Of a stretch of 17,530 nucleotides of DNA, positions 7,731-16,079 are shown piece by piece. The translations under genes and the position numbers were made by a program. The stretch comes from Promethearchaeota archaeon (GTDB taxonomy: Archaea > Asgardarchaeota > Lokiarchaeia > Sigyniarchaeales > SOKP01). The notes beneath the pieces are model-generated. The model worked only from the letters and a program-made list of their open reading frames with translations, did not search any database and was not told the DNA's origin. The first letter of the stretch is position 1. Each line of letters opens with the position of its first letter. The stretch lies in the NCBI GenBank assembly GCA_008080735.1, contig SHMW01000067.1, positions 7,266-24,795 of the forward strand, read 5' to 3'.

Positions 7731-8639
7731 ATGATTACTGGGTTTTGCATAATTCTAAATGACAATATTCTCTATTGCTCAAATCAAGAGAAATATTCGC
7801 TTTTTGAAACAATATTGTTTATAGAAAAATTAATCGAAAGCATTAATCCGAATAATATATGGCGCTTAAACAATGTATTTTTCAAGAATAATGGAAAAAC
7901 TGAGCGAATTGTTATAAAACATATTATCTCAAGGGATAATAACATATTCTATTGTATAAGCGGGCAATTCGATACTCATTCTGAAGAAACATATAATATG
8001 TTAGAAGATTTTCATACGAAAGTCGAATCTTCTTATAGCTCTATAGAGCGTTTAACACAAGCCTCGGAAGAATCCATGTTTAAAGAGATGATCAATGTAT
8101 CAACAGATCTCCTAAAAATAAAATATGAAAGTCGTTTAAAGACTGAGGAGATTAGACATAAGATAGCGAATTTAAATCAACCTCTCACCCAAGACAATAA
8201 GATTCTTTATTGTGGAATTTCTACTCAAGGATTACCTATAATATCAAAATTATTCCATCCGGAATTTTTTGATTACTTAAAAACTAATAAAGATGAAGAT
8301 ATCATTGAAGTGTTTGGATCGAAATTATCTGCAAAACTAGCAACTATAGCAATGAATACGGCGATTAGGGCAGACACACGAATAAGTGAGATTCATTTGA
8401 ATGATTTGAGAGAGGAACGATCTAAAATTCTTATATTATATGGAAATATTAACGGATATTCACTGGATTTTATTGGGTCGACTTCCGGTAATGAAGATAT
8501 CCTTTATTCTTCCTTCTTGAAACTTAAGCAAGACGTTTCTGAGGAAAATGTTTTACAAGATGAATTTGGTGGAGATCTTGCACCATATCGACACCTTAAA
8601 AAATATTTAGCCCAATTAGTAAAGGATTTGAAAAAATAA
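7731..8639 (+). CDS. Hypothetical protein, probable tandem longin-like domains
   Basis: Two beta-beta-alpha-beta-beta-beta-alpha-like halves: 'ITGFCIILNDNILYCS...IFYCISG...YNMLEDFHTKVESSY' and 'ILYCGISTQGLPIISK...LSAKLATIAM...ISEIHL...EFGGDLAPY'. Confidence 0.55.
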   Translation: MITGFCIILNDNILYCSNQEKYSLFETILFIEKLIESINPNNIWRLNNVFFKNNGKTERIVIKHIISRDNNIFYCISGQFDTHSEETYNMLEDFHTKVESSYSSIERLTQASEESMFKEMINVSTDLLKIKYESRLKTEEIRHKIANLNQPLTQDNKILYCGISTQGLPIISKLFHPEFFDYLKTNKDEDIIEVFGSKLSAKLATIAMNTAIRADTRISEIHLNDLREERSKILILYGNINGYSLDFIGSTSGNEDILYSSFLKLKQDVSEENVLQDEFGGDLAPYRHLKKYLAQLVKDLKK

Positions 8640-8687
8640 CTATTACTTAATCAATTTTTAATTTTAAATTAAATTTCTCTAGATAAT

Positions 8688-9980
8688 ATGAAAGCTGTGA
8701 TACTAGCTGCTGGTGAGGGCACAAGATTGAAACCTATAACATCTTCAATTCCCAAACCTATGATCCCACTTGCAGGAAAACCTCTATTGGAACATAATTT
8801 AATAGGACTAAAGCAAGCGGGAATTAAGGAAGTTTTATTGATTGTGGGCTACAAAAAAGAGATTATCAAGAGCTATTTCGGGAATGGAATGGAGAACATC
8901 GGAATTCCTATTAGTTATATAACTCAAGATGAATATTTGGGAACAGCTCATGCGACGGGATATGCGAAATCATTTGCGAAAGATGAATCCTTTTTAATGA
9001 TGTATGGAGACCTCTTAGTGGATCCCGTTATATTTAAAAATAGTATACATAATTTCCAAAAAAATGATGTTAAAGGATTAATTTCATTACTAGAAGTTGA
9101 AAATCCACAAAATTATGGAATCATTTCTTTAAACTCTCAAAATGGAGTAGAAAAAATAACTGAGAAACCCGCTCCCGAATTGAATCTGGGAAATTTAGCA
9201 AATGCGGGTGTGTATATTTTCAATCCCTTAATTTTCGAAGCAATAGAAAGAACCGAATTATCTGAAAGAAATGAATATGAGTTAACCGATTCAATGGAAA
9301 TCATGATTGAAGAACTAAATGGCCCTATTTATGGATATAAAATAAGGGAATCTTATTGGAATGATATCGGTCTTCCATGGCAAATCTTGGATGCGAATAA
9401 CTATCTATTAAGTAAGCTGAACCGAGATATTCGGGGAGAGATCGAAGAATATGTATCAATAAAAGGCGAGGTTGTGATAGGAGAGAATAGTGTTATCAAA
9501 TCTGGGACGTATATCCAAGGCCCATGTTATATAGGTAAGAATAATCTTATAGGCCCTAATGCTTACATTCGCCCGGGGACTTCAATTCAAGATAATTGTC
9601 ATATTGGAATAAGTGAGGTAAAGAATACACTAGTGCTTTCAAATTCCAATATCCCTCATTTTAATTATTTTGGGGATTCAATTATCTGTAATAATGTAAA
9701 TTGTGGCGCTGGCACGAAGGTCGCTAATCTCAGACTAGATAAGGGGGATATTACCGTAAATATAAAAGGAAAAGCAATTAATTCGGGTAGGAGGAAATTA
9801 GGAACAATAGTTGGACCAAATGTCAAAACGGGCATAAATGTGAGTATAATGTGCGGAAAAAAAATTGGAGAGAATGCCCAAATTGGTGCTCATACCCTTG
9901 TTTTAGAAGATGTGCCCCCTAATAGTATATACTATCAAGATCCTCAAAAAGGTATAACAATAAAAAAAATTAAGGATTAA
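8688..9980 (+). CDS. glmU: Archaeal-type bifunctional sugar-1-phosphate nucleotidyltransferase/acetyltransferase (GlmU)
   Basis: 'VILAAGEGTRLKPITSSIPKPMIP', 'LGTAHA', 'YGD', 'EKP', 'RNEYELTD'. C-terminal hexapeptide left-handed beta-helix with 'PHFNYFGDS' and 'GAGTKVANLR...GRRKLG'. Confidence 0.92.
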   Translation: MKAVILAAGEGTRLKPITSSIPKPMIPLAGKPLLEHNLIGLKQAGIKEVLLIVGYKKEIIKSYFGNGMENIGIPISYITQDEYLGTAHATGYAKSFAKDESFLMMYGDLLVDPVIFKNSIHNFQKNDVKGLISLLEVENPQNYGIISLNSQNGVEKITEKPAPELNLGNLANAGVYIFNPLIFEAIERTELSERNEYELTDSMEIMIEELNGPIYGYKIRESYWNDIGLPWQILDANNYLLSKLNRDIRGEIEEYVSIKGEVVIGENSVIKSGTYIQGPCYIGKNNLIGPNAYIRPGTSIQDNCHIGISEVKNTLVLSNSNIPHFNYFGDSIICNNVNCGAGTKVANLRLDKGDITVNIKGKAINSGRRKLGTIVGPNVKTGINVSIMCGKKIGENAQIGAHTLVLEDVPPNSIYYQDPQKGITIKKIKD

Positions 9981-9990
9981 ACTCCAGATA

Positions 9991-10137
9991 TGAAATGCAT
10001 GGTGTCTTGATCTACTATACAAGAAGAATTCTAAATATGTTACAGTAAGTAGTACTGCCTAATACCGATTCACGCAAATGTTGAGGTCAAAAGAGATGTG
10101 CACTCCAAATGCATTATCAAAATAAAGAATTACTGTA
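9991..10137 (+). ncRNA. Candidate structured RNA or imperfect long inverted repeat in a convergent intergenic region
   Basis: Nested complementarity: 9994-10000 with 10109-10115; 10007-10013 with 10084-10090; 10043-10047 with 10053-10057; alternatively 10041-10048 with 10130-10137. More GC-balanced than other intergenics. No family recognised. Confidence 0.3.
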
Positions 10138-10181
10138 TTTTAAAAAATATAAAATAATGAAAAAAATGTTTAATTTTCATT

Positions 10182-11291
10182 CTAATAAAAAAGATTATCT
10201 ACAATAGAATCGGCTTTTCTAAAGACGGAAACCTCACCAGAGAATTGTTTTAAATATGGTTTGAAGGTACTTTCAAATTCTTCAGAAAACTGTTGATGTG
10301 CTTCCTTAGTCGCTTGAGTAGAATAATCGCATAGGAGGGCGGAGAAAAAATATTTCTTGTTGATGATCCTTAATTCTTTATCCTCCAGCAAAATCGCTTT
10401 AATACCACCCTCTGCATCTGTTGCTTCTTTGAATAAATTACCTATGGCAGTAAATCCTCCTGATAAAAGTAGTACATCATCTTTTGAAATCTTTTCTGTA
10501 AAGGTTTTTGAATATAACTCTACTCCATCATGCGAGTAAACAACTAAAAGATATACCCTCTGCTGTTGCAATAACCATGGATTTTTACTCGCCCAGTAGA
10601 ATGCGATTCCTATGATAAGAATTCCCGTATTCTCTATAATAAGCATTACAAGTAAAGTCAAGATGAGAGATCTTCCTGGAGGACGACCGAATATCTCAGT
10701 TATTACATTTGGAATTGTTGGTATAAAAATTGTCAGAATCATTCCAAAAAAGAGGAGGATTATCAGAATCTTTTGCCTATTCATATGCGCAGCTTTTCTA
10801 TTGGTATAAAGTAAATAACTTGTCCAAATACTGGCTACTATATAAAATACGATTTGAAAAAAAAGTACTGGACTTAGTGCGGCAAAATTCACAATATACC
10901 TGCCATCAACAAGTTCCGATTCAAGGTTAGGGGATGATATCATTCCCCCAATAACAAGAAAAACAAGTACAGATATTATTGTTTCCTTTCCAGAGAAAAG
11001 AAGATTTTGACTATAGAACTCTAATATCAGTACAAGTGTATATAATAGCAATATATGAAACATCTGCGTCAAGATAAAACTTAATTCGGCTCTATTTTGT
11101 ACATTTACTGTATATTGTCCAATTTGAAATACTCTACTTATAATGTGGAGAAAAAATAGGATTGTCAAATAATAAAACATTTTCTGTTTCGTTTTTATAG
11201 CTTTTTGGAGGAATAATAGAAACAGCACTATTGAAGCGATTGATAAAATTATCGGAGATAGAAATAAGATTTGTGATTCAATGGTTTGCAT
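10182..11291 (-). CDS. Seven-transmembrane (HisKA_7TM-like) domain fused to a C-terminal longin domain
   Basis: Seven hydrophobic segments in aa ~8-235. From aa 246, 'VYLLVVYSHDGVELYSKTF...LLLSGGFTAIGNLFKE...IKAILLEDKELRII...FSEEFESTF...FSGEVSVF' has a longin pattern. Confidence 0.78.
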   Translation of the reverse strand: MQTIESQILFLSPIILSIASIVLFLLFLQKAIKTKQKMFYYLTILFFLHIISRVFQIGQYTVNVQNRAELSFILTQMFHILLLYTLVLILEFYSQNLLFSGKETIISVLVFLVIGGMISSPNLESELVDGRYIVNFAALSPVLFFQIVFYIVASIWTSYLLYTNRKAAHMNRQKILIILLFFGMILTIFIPTIPNVITEIFGRPPGRSLILTLLVMLIIENTGILIIGIAFYWASKNPWLLQQQRVYLLVVYSHDGVELYSKTFTEKISKDDVLLLSGGFTAIGNLFKEATDAEGGIKAILLEDKELRIINKKYFFSALLCDYSTQATKEAHQQFSEEFESTFKPYLKQFSGEVSVFRKADSIVDNLFY

Positions 11292-11418
11292 TTTAAACTA
11301 ATTTCTTTATATGTATGCTTTGGTAGTTAATACATTTCCATCTAAAAAAATTTTTAGAAATATAGAACCAGAAAAATGAAACAAAATAAAAATTTTGAAT
11401 CTGTTAAATAAAGATCTC

Positions 11419-13143
11419 CTATCTATCTTCCTTTTTAAATTTTCTAAGTAGCTTAGAAAATTTCCATTCTCTTTCTTGATAATCTAATTGCTTCACTGCC
11501 AAATCTTGGTACGCATGGAACAATTCATTTGATAAGTTTTGCCAATCACGACACAATTGGAGTGTTTCTTCATCTGCTTTTAATAAAGTCTCATGGGAAA
11601 TTATGTTATTGAATCTTATAGCGAGATCATTTACTCTCTCATCTTCTAATCCATCTAATAAATCCTTCACAAATTCATCTGCAGGATACCAATCTGCAAC
11701 TCTCTGAAAATCCCGATGTATTTGAGTGAGTAAAACATTGCGTGGGCCCTCCCATAGCTCCATAATAATGCTATCACGGAAGAATCTGGGGAATGATAAG
11801 AAATCTTCCATAACACCATGCCCTCCAAAGAAAGAAATGGCCATGCGTGTCATTGCGGGAGCATCATCAGCAACGACTATTTTTTGTAGCATGATTAATT
11901 CCCGTAATCGAAATCGGCGCCGTCTCTCTTTCATATTTTCAATCTCTTGTAATTCTCTAATTCCCGAAATAAGCTCTTCACCAAAGTGAATATATTCCGA
12001 ATAGATTTTAAACGCACCTGCAGCGGCTCTTTTCGCATATAAATTAAGATCATTTATTTGATTTATCATTAATGGAAAGTTCGATACTGGGACTCCAAAG
12101 GCTTCCCGAAATTGTGCATATAACGTAGCTTCTCGAGACACCCGAAGAGCAGCTGCCGCCATACCAAATGCTACGTGTAGACGAGATATTGAAAGCACTA
12201 TTCCAACAACGTTCGCGAGTCCTTTTTCCAAAGGACCAATAGGGTATCCGACAGCACCATTGTATGTAACCTCTGCCGTAGGTAACTCTGAGGTACCCAT
12301 TTTTGGTTTTAATCTGTCTATTGTATAAGAATTTCGAATTTCTTTTTCTTTATTACCAGGTAACCACGAAGGTACAAGGAATGCCGCTACTCGAGTTGAT
12401 GAGGGTACTTCTTTAGGCTTGGCAGTCACCACAGCATAATCCGCTTGTATAGCCGAGCAGAAAAATTTTTGCCCATATATACGCCAACAATCTGCTATTC
12501 CATCTTCACCTTCCTCTTCTTCGTATATTGCTTCTACTAGATTAGCGGGCACATCACTTCCTCCTTGAATCTCGCTTACAAATTGAGCGCCAACACCATA
12601 ATCCCCTTCTCTCCCATTTCTAACATGCCTAAGTATTTTTTTTGCCTCAGGATCGAGTTTCTCTTCATATTTATTCAAGAACTCCACCATGCCGTGGGTA
12701 CAAGCAATCGGGCACATCACACCCGCCTCAGAATTCTGATAGAGAAGAAACATCTTAACAAATCGTGACCACGCAGAATTTCGAGTAGGATCGAATAATC
12801 CTAGACTAAATATCTCTTTTTCGAGCGTTTCCGTCTCACCGCATCGTTCAATCCTATCAATCCGATGATTATGAGCGTCATAATGCTTTAATTTCGTTAC
12901 TTTAAGACGATTTTCGAGTGTGTTTGCTTCTTCTGCTAAATCTCGAAAGCGAAAGGAAACATAATCAGATAGAGCCTTTAAGTCTCGCTCAATCTGAGGA
13001 AATTCTTCATCTGGTATATAATGTTTCACTAAAGCTTGAAAAAAGCTATCATCTTTATAATAATTAAAATTGTCTCTCACGTACAAAAAATCATCGAAAT
13101 CATATTCATTATTTCTGTCGCCTTCTTGATATTGAGCACACAT
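11419..13143 (-). CDS. Acyl-CoA dehydrogenase, AidB-like
   Basis: 'EAGVMCPIACT', 'SEIQGGSDV', 'GQKFFCS', 'RLKPKMGTSELPTAEV', 'REAFG', 'GGHGVMED', 'LWEGPRNV'. Start moved from GTG 13152 to ATG 13143 because AAGGTG (13155-13150) fits a Shine-Dalgarno. Confidence 0.9.
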   Translation of the reverse strand: MCAQYQEGDRNNEYDFDDFLYVRDNFNYYKDDSFFQALVKHYIPDEEFPQIERDLKALSDYVSFRFRDLAEEANTLENRLKVTKLKHYDAHNHRIDRIERCGETETLEKEIFSLGLFDPTRNSAWSRFVKMFLLYQNSEAGVMCPIACTHGMVEFLNKYEEKLDPEAKKILRHVRNGREGDYGVGAQFVSEIQGGSDVPANLVEAIYEEEEGEDGIADCWRIYGQKFFCSAIQADYAVVTAKPKEVPSSTRVAAFLVPSWLPGNKEKEIRNSYTIDRLKPKMGTSELPTAEVTYNGAVGYPIGPLEKGLANVVGIVLSISRLHVAFGMAAAALRVSREATLYAQFREAFGVPVSNFPLMINQINDLNLYAKRAAAGAFKIYSEYIHFGEELISGIRELQEIENMKERRRRFRLRELIMLQKIVVADDAPAMTRMAISFFGGHGVMEDFLSFPRFFRDSIIMELWEGPRNVLLTQIHRDFQRVADWYPADEFVKDLLDGLEDERVNDLAIRFNNIISHETLLKADEETLQLCRDWQNLSNELFHAYQDLAVKQLDYQEREWKFSKLLRKFKKEDR

Positions 13144-13278
13144 AATAAACACCTTAATTAAATTATTTTAAGTATAAGTAAGAAAGCTATTTATTTTAAA
13201 TTATAATAAATGATACTAAAAAGTAGATTGAGTAAAAATTAATAGAATGAGATTATTAGGGATCAGAAGAAGACTTAC

Positions 13279-14079
13279 TTAATCCCCCTCTTCCTCACTT
13301 TCTTCTTCGTCAGATTCCTCTTCAGATTCCTCTTCTTGTTGCTTTTGTTGCGCATATTTCTTAACATTAATGCGTTCTGTTCTTCTTATTTCAGATTTTC
13401 TGGAACGCTCTACATCGATTTCAACAATATCAAAGTCTTCATCCTTTACTTCTCTATCCTCTCCTCCTTCAGGCATCGAAATTAATTTACTTTTAATGAT
13501 TGTACAACTCGAAAGAGGGTAAATAGTTTTTGCAATTCGTTTTATTTGGTTTTCAAATTCACCATAAATCATCCCTCTGACGAATTTTTCATGCTCAGTG
13601 GTTTTAGCAAATTCTTCAAGGATTTTTCGCATGATCTGTCTTATTATATTTTGTTGAGAACTGCGAGCCCTCCTGATAGTTACACATACAGTAGTTAATC
13701 GATAAATATATTCATCATTAGTTGTAAAATTATTAATCGTGGTAATTTTAGTAGCACCTCTCCCTACAAGACTTCTCACATAATCCGAGGTATATTCATG
13801 TCCCACCAGGGTTGTATAGCAATTTTGAGCTTCCGCATTAACATCAATAACTTTAAATTTCAATTTACAACTAATATCATCATAATTTCCTGTAAAATCG
13901 TATAATAATGTCTCTACCGTTCTATCTAAAACATTATTTTCCAGTCCAATTATTTCTCCAATTTTTTTATTGTCAAAACTTTTTGGAGCATAGACTTCAA
14001 ACCATTTTTTTGAACGATAATCTGCTTTTTTAGCTTTTGGCTTTCGTTTCCTACGTTTAGATTTTGATTTTTGGCTCAT
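13279..14079 (-). CDS. rps3ae: 30S ribosomal protein S3Ae (eS1) with long charged C-terminal extension
   Basis: 'KKWFEVYAPKSF', 'RTVETLLYDFTG', 'GHEYTSDYVRSLV', 'RARSSQQNIIRQIM', 'AKTIYPL'. Confidence 0.95.
   Translation of the reverse strand: MSQKSKSKRRKRKPKAKKADYRSKKWFEVYAPKSFDNKKIGEIIGLENNVLDRTVETLLYDFTGNYDDISCKLKFKVIDVNAEAQNCYTTLVGHEYTSDYVRSLVGRGATKITTINNFTTNDEYIYRLTTVCVTIRRARSSQQNIIRQIMRKILEEFAKTTEHEKFVRGMIYGEFENQIKRIAKTIYPLSSCTIIKSKLISMPEGGEDREVKDEDFDIVEIDVERSRKSEIRRTERINVKKYAQQKQQEEESEEESDEEESEEEGD
13311..13334. repeat. 12-bp tandem repeat (CAGATTCCTCTT x2) encoding EEES units in the acidic tail of eS1
   Basis: Seen directly. Followed by degenerate copies encoding DEEES/EEEG. Confidence 0.75.
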
Positions 14080-14128
14080 ATTAATTAAATCCTTATTTAT
14101 ATAATTTCAATTCTGTTTATTAAAAAGA

Positions 14129-14587
14129 TTATTTAGCTACTAAGGTCCTAACACGTTCAGAATCATATTTGAAGTCAGGAGCTAAAACTTTTTTCTTTTT
14201 ATAATATTTGACCAAGCGATAAATTTTTGATTCTGTACGTTGTAACCCTTTTTTAGCTTCCAAATCTCTCTTATTATTTTCAAGATGAGTTCTTAAATTA
14301 AGTGCTTTCTTAATTAAGTTTGTTAGATCTTCAGGTAAAGGATTCTCTAACTCATTCCCTTCTAAAATATCACTTACTTTTTTCCCAGTCACTACTTTAA
14401 CCAATGGAACCCCATAGGCGTCTCTAAGTTGGATACCAATCATAGACTTCGAAAGTCCTTTTTTAGCTAGGCGGACAACCTCAGCCTCTACTTCCTCTGC
14501 TGATCTTTCAATCCATACAGGTTTTTCCAGCCTTGCTGGACGGGTACTACCCGATTTTCCGTGTTTTCTGCTGTGAAGGCGTGCCAT
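14129..14587 (-). CDS. rps15: 30S ribosomal protein S15 (uS15, archaeal/eukaryotic S13e type)
   Basis: 'MARLHSRKHGKSGSTRP', 'IGIQLRDAYGVP', 'PEDL', 'HLENNKRD', 'ESKIYRLVKYYK'. Confidence 0.97.
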   Translation of the reverse strand: MARLHSRKHGKSGSTRPARLEKPVWIERSAEEVEAEVVRLAKKGLSKSMIGIQLRDAYGVPLVKVVTGKKVSDILEGNELENPLPEDLTNLIKKALNLRTHLENNKRDLEAKKGLQRTESKIYRLVKYYKKKKVLAPDFKYDSERVRTLVAK

Positions 14588-14644
14588 AATAAAATCTTCT
14601 TTTAAATTTTAATAGAAACTCTAAGATAGTATGTAGAGTAATTC

Positions 14645-14662
14645 TATATAAAAAAATTTTTG
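14645..14662 (-). promoter_or_regulatory. Candidate BRE/TATA promoter of the rps15-rps3ae operon
   Basis: Minus strand CAAAAATTTTTTTATATA, about 58 nt upstream of the rps15 ATG. Confidence 0.45.
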
Positions 14663-14720
14663 GATTTAGCAATTGCTAAACCAAAGAATTAGTGTTTTCA
14701 TTTAGAGGGGATACTTAAAA

Positions 14721-16022
14721 TTATTCTACTGCTGGGAGCAAGATAATAAAATTAGTTCCCTTTTTAAAATCCTTATTAACTCTATTTTTTAATTTGATTT
14801 CCCCCTTAAAACTTTCTATTATCTTTTTTACCAAATATAATCCTAAGCTAGTTCTTTTAAGGATATTAGTGCTAGCATATTCTTTGCTAAAGATATGTTC
14901 TTTTAATTTATCTCTTATTCCCGGTCCGTTATCAATGAATTGTATTTTAATATGTTGCTTTTCGTTTTTCATAGTTTTTTCAAGGTTGATAAGAATTTCG
15001 ATCACTTCATTTTCGTTGTGTTTTATTGCATTATTGAGGATATTTTCAAAAACATTTAATATAAAATCGTTAGCTTTTACAAAATAGGAATCTTCTGGTG
15101 CATTAAGCTTGGTATTAATTTTTTTATCTTTATATTCCTCGGGAAAATAATCTAAAACTTTCTCAATTACGTTGAGAATATCAATATTTCTATTTGAATA
15201 TGTTCCTGTCTCAAAATCACTGATTGTTCTAACATTATAGATTAAAGTTTTTCCTCTTGAAATCTGGTCTTCTAAATTTTTTTTAATTGGCAAGATTTCT
15301 TTATAATTTTGTATTTTCTGGAGATAAACTGAAGCGATATCCAAGGTGGTACTCATATTTTGGAGAATGTTTGCCGTATCATGAGCAATTAGATCTTTAT
15401 AGAATTCTGATGTTTTATAGGCACCTTTATATCTTAATTCAGATTCCTTAATTCTATTTTCTAATAATGCGATTATGCCCGTTACGAGTAAAAAACTATA
15501 TAAAATGTTATCTATTCCTTCACTAAACTCATACGACCATTCTATTCCTATCTCATACAAAATATTAAATAAGAGAGTTAAAAACGCAAAAAAAACAGAC
15601 AAACTGAAAAAAGCATAGGTAGCGGTTCTTTTTCGTAGATACAACCGTGTTATCATAATTATATTTATGAATGCAATAACAAGCGTAATTAATCCTAAGC
15701 CAATTGTAATGAATATTGTAATGAGAGTAGGAATTGAGACTTTTCCCACAAAATTTTTATCAGTTTTAAAAAAAGCTCTGTAATATTCAATAAAAATGCC
15801 TAAAAAAGTAAATACCATGGCAATAACATATCCTAAATTAGCGATTATGTTAAAAAAGTCTATTAGGAATATAAATGTCCGAAAGATTACTCCAATCGTT
15901 AAAGAAATGTAAGCCATAAACCAGAAATACATATCTTTTCTCTTATAACATGCAAACCCCATAACAATCGAGGCACCCGACATTAAAAATAGTTGCTGGA
16001 ATTCTAAAAAGACAAAATTCAT
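14721..16022 (-). CDS. Membrane sensor histidine kinase (about 6 TM + HisKA + HATPase_c)
   Basis: H-box 'DLIAHDTANILQ', N-box 'VFENILNNAIKH', G1 'FIDNGPGI', F-box 'IFS', degenerate G2 'TSLGLYLVK', and 'GTNFIILLP'. Confidence 0.92.
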   Translation of the reverse strand: MNFVFLEFQQLFLMSGASIVMGFACYKRKDMYFWFMAYISLTIGVIFRTFIFLIDFFNIIANLGYVIAMVFTFLGIFIEYYRAFFKTDKNFVGKVSIPTLITIFITIGLGLITLVIAFINIIMITRLYLRKRTATYAFFSLSVFFAFLTLLFNILYEIGIEWSYEFSEGIDNILYSFLLVTGIIALLENRIKESELRYKGAYKTSEFYKDLIAHDTANILQNMSTTLDIASVYLQKIQNYKEILPIKKNLEDQISRGKTLIYNVRTISDFETGTYSNRNIDILNVIEKVLDYFPEEYKDKKINTKLNAPEDSYFVKANDFILNVFENILNNAIKHNENEVIEILINLEKTMKNEKQHIKIQFIDNGPGIRDKLKEHIFSKEYASTNILKRTSLGLYLVKKIIESFKGEIKLKNRVNKDFKKGTNFIILLPAVE

Positions 16023-16079
16023 TTTTCAAAATGGCTCCAAAGTAAAATGTAATAGGGCTAATCTAATTTTCGTGAGAGA

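Noticed and set aside
9981-10181. SECIS element, glmS ribozyme, C/D-box RNA or tRNA in the glmU 3' gap
   Set aside because: Neither flanking gene has an in-frame TGA, and I saw no glmS core, intact C/D boxes or cloverleaf/T-loop. Kept only as an unclassified candidate.
13144-13152. GTG start for the acyl-CoA dehydrogenase given in the ORF track
   Set aside because: The GTG is part of a likely SD (AAGGTG) spaced appropriately from the ATG at 13143.
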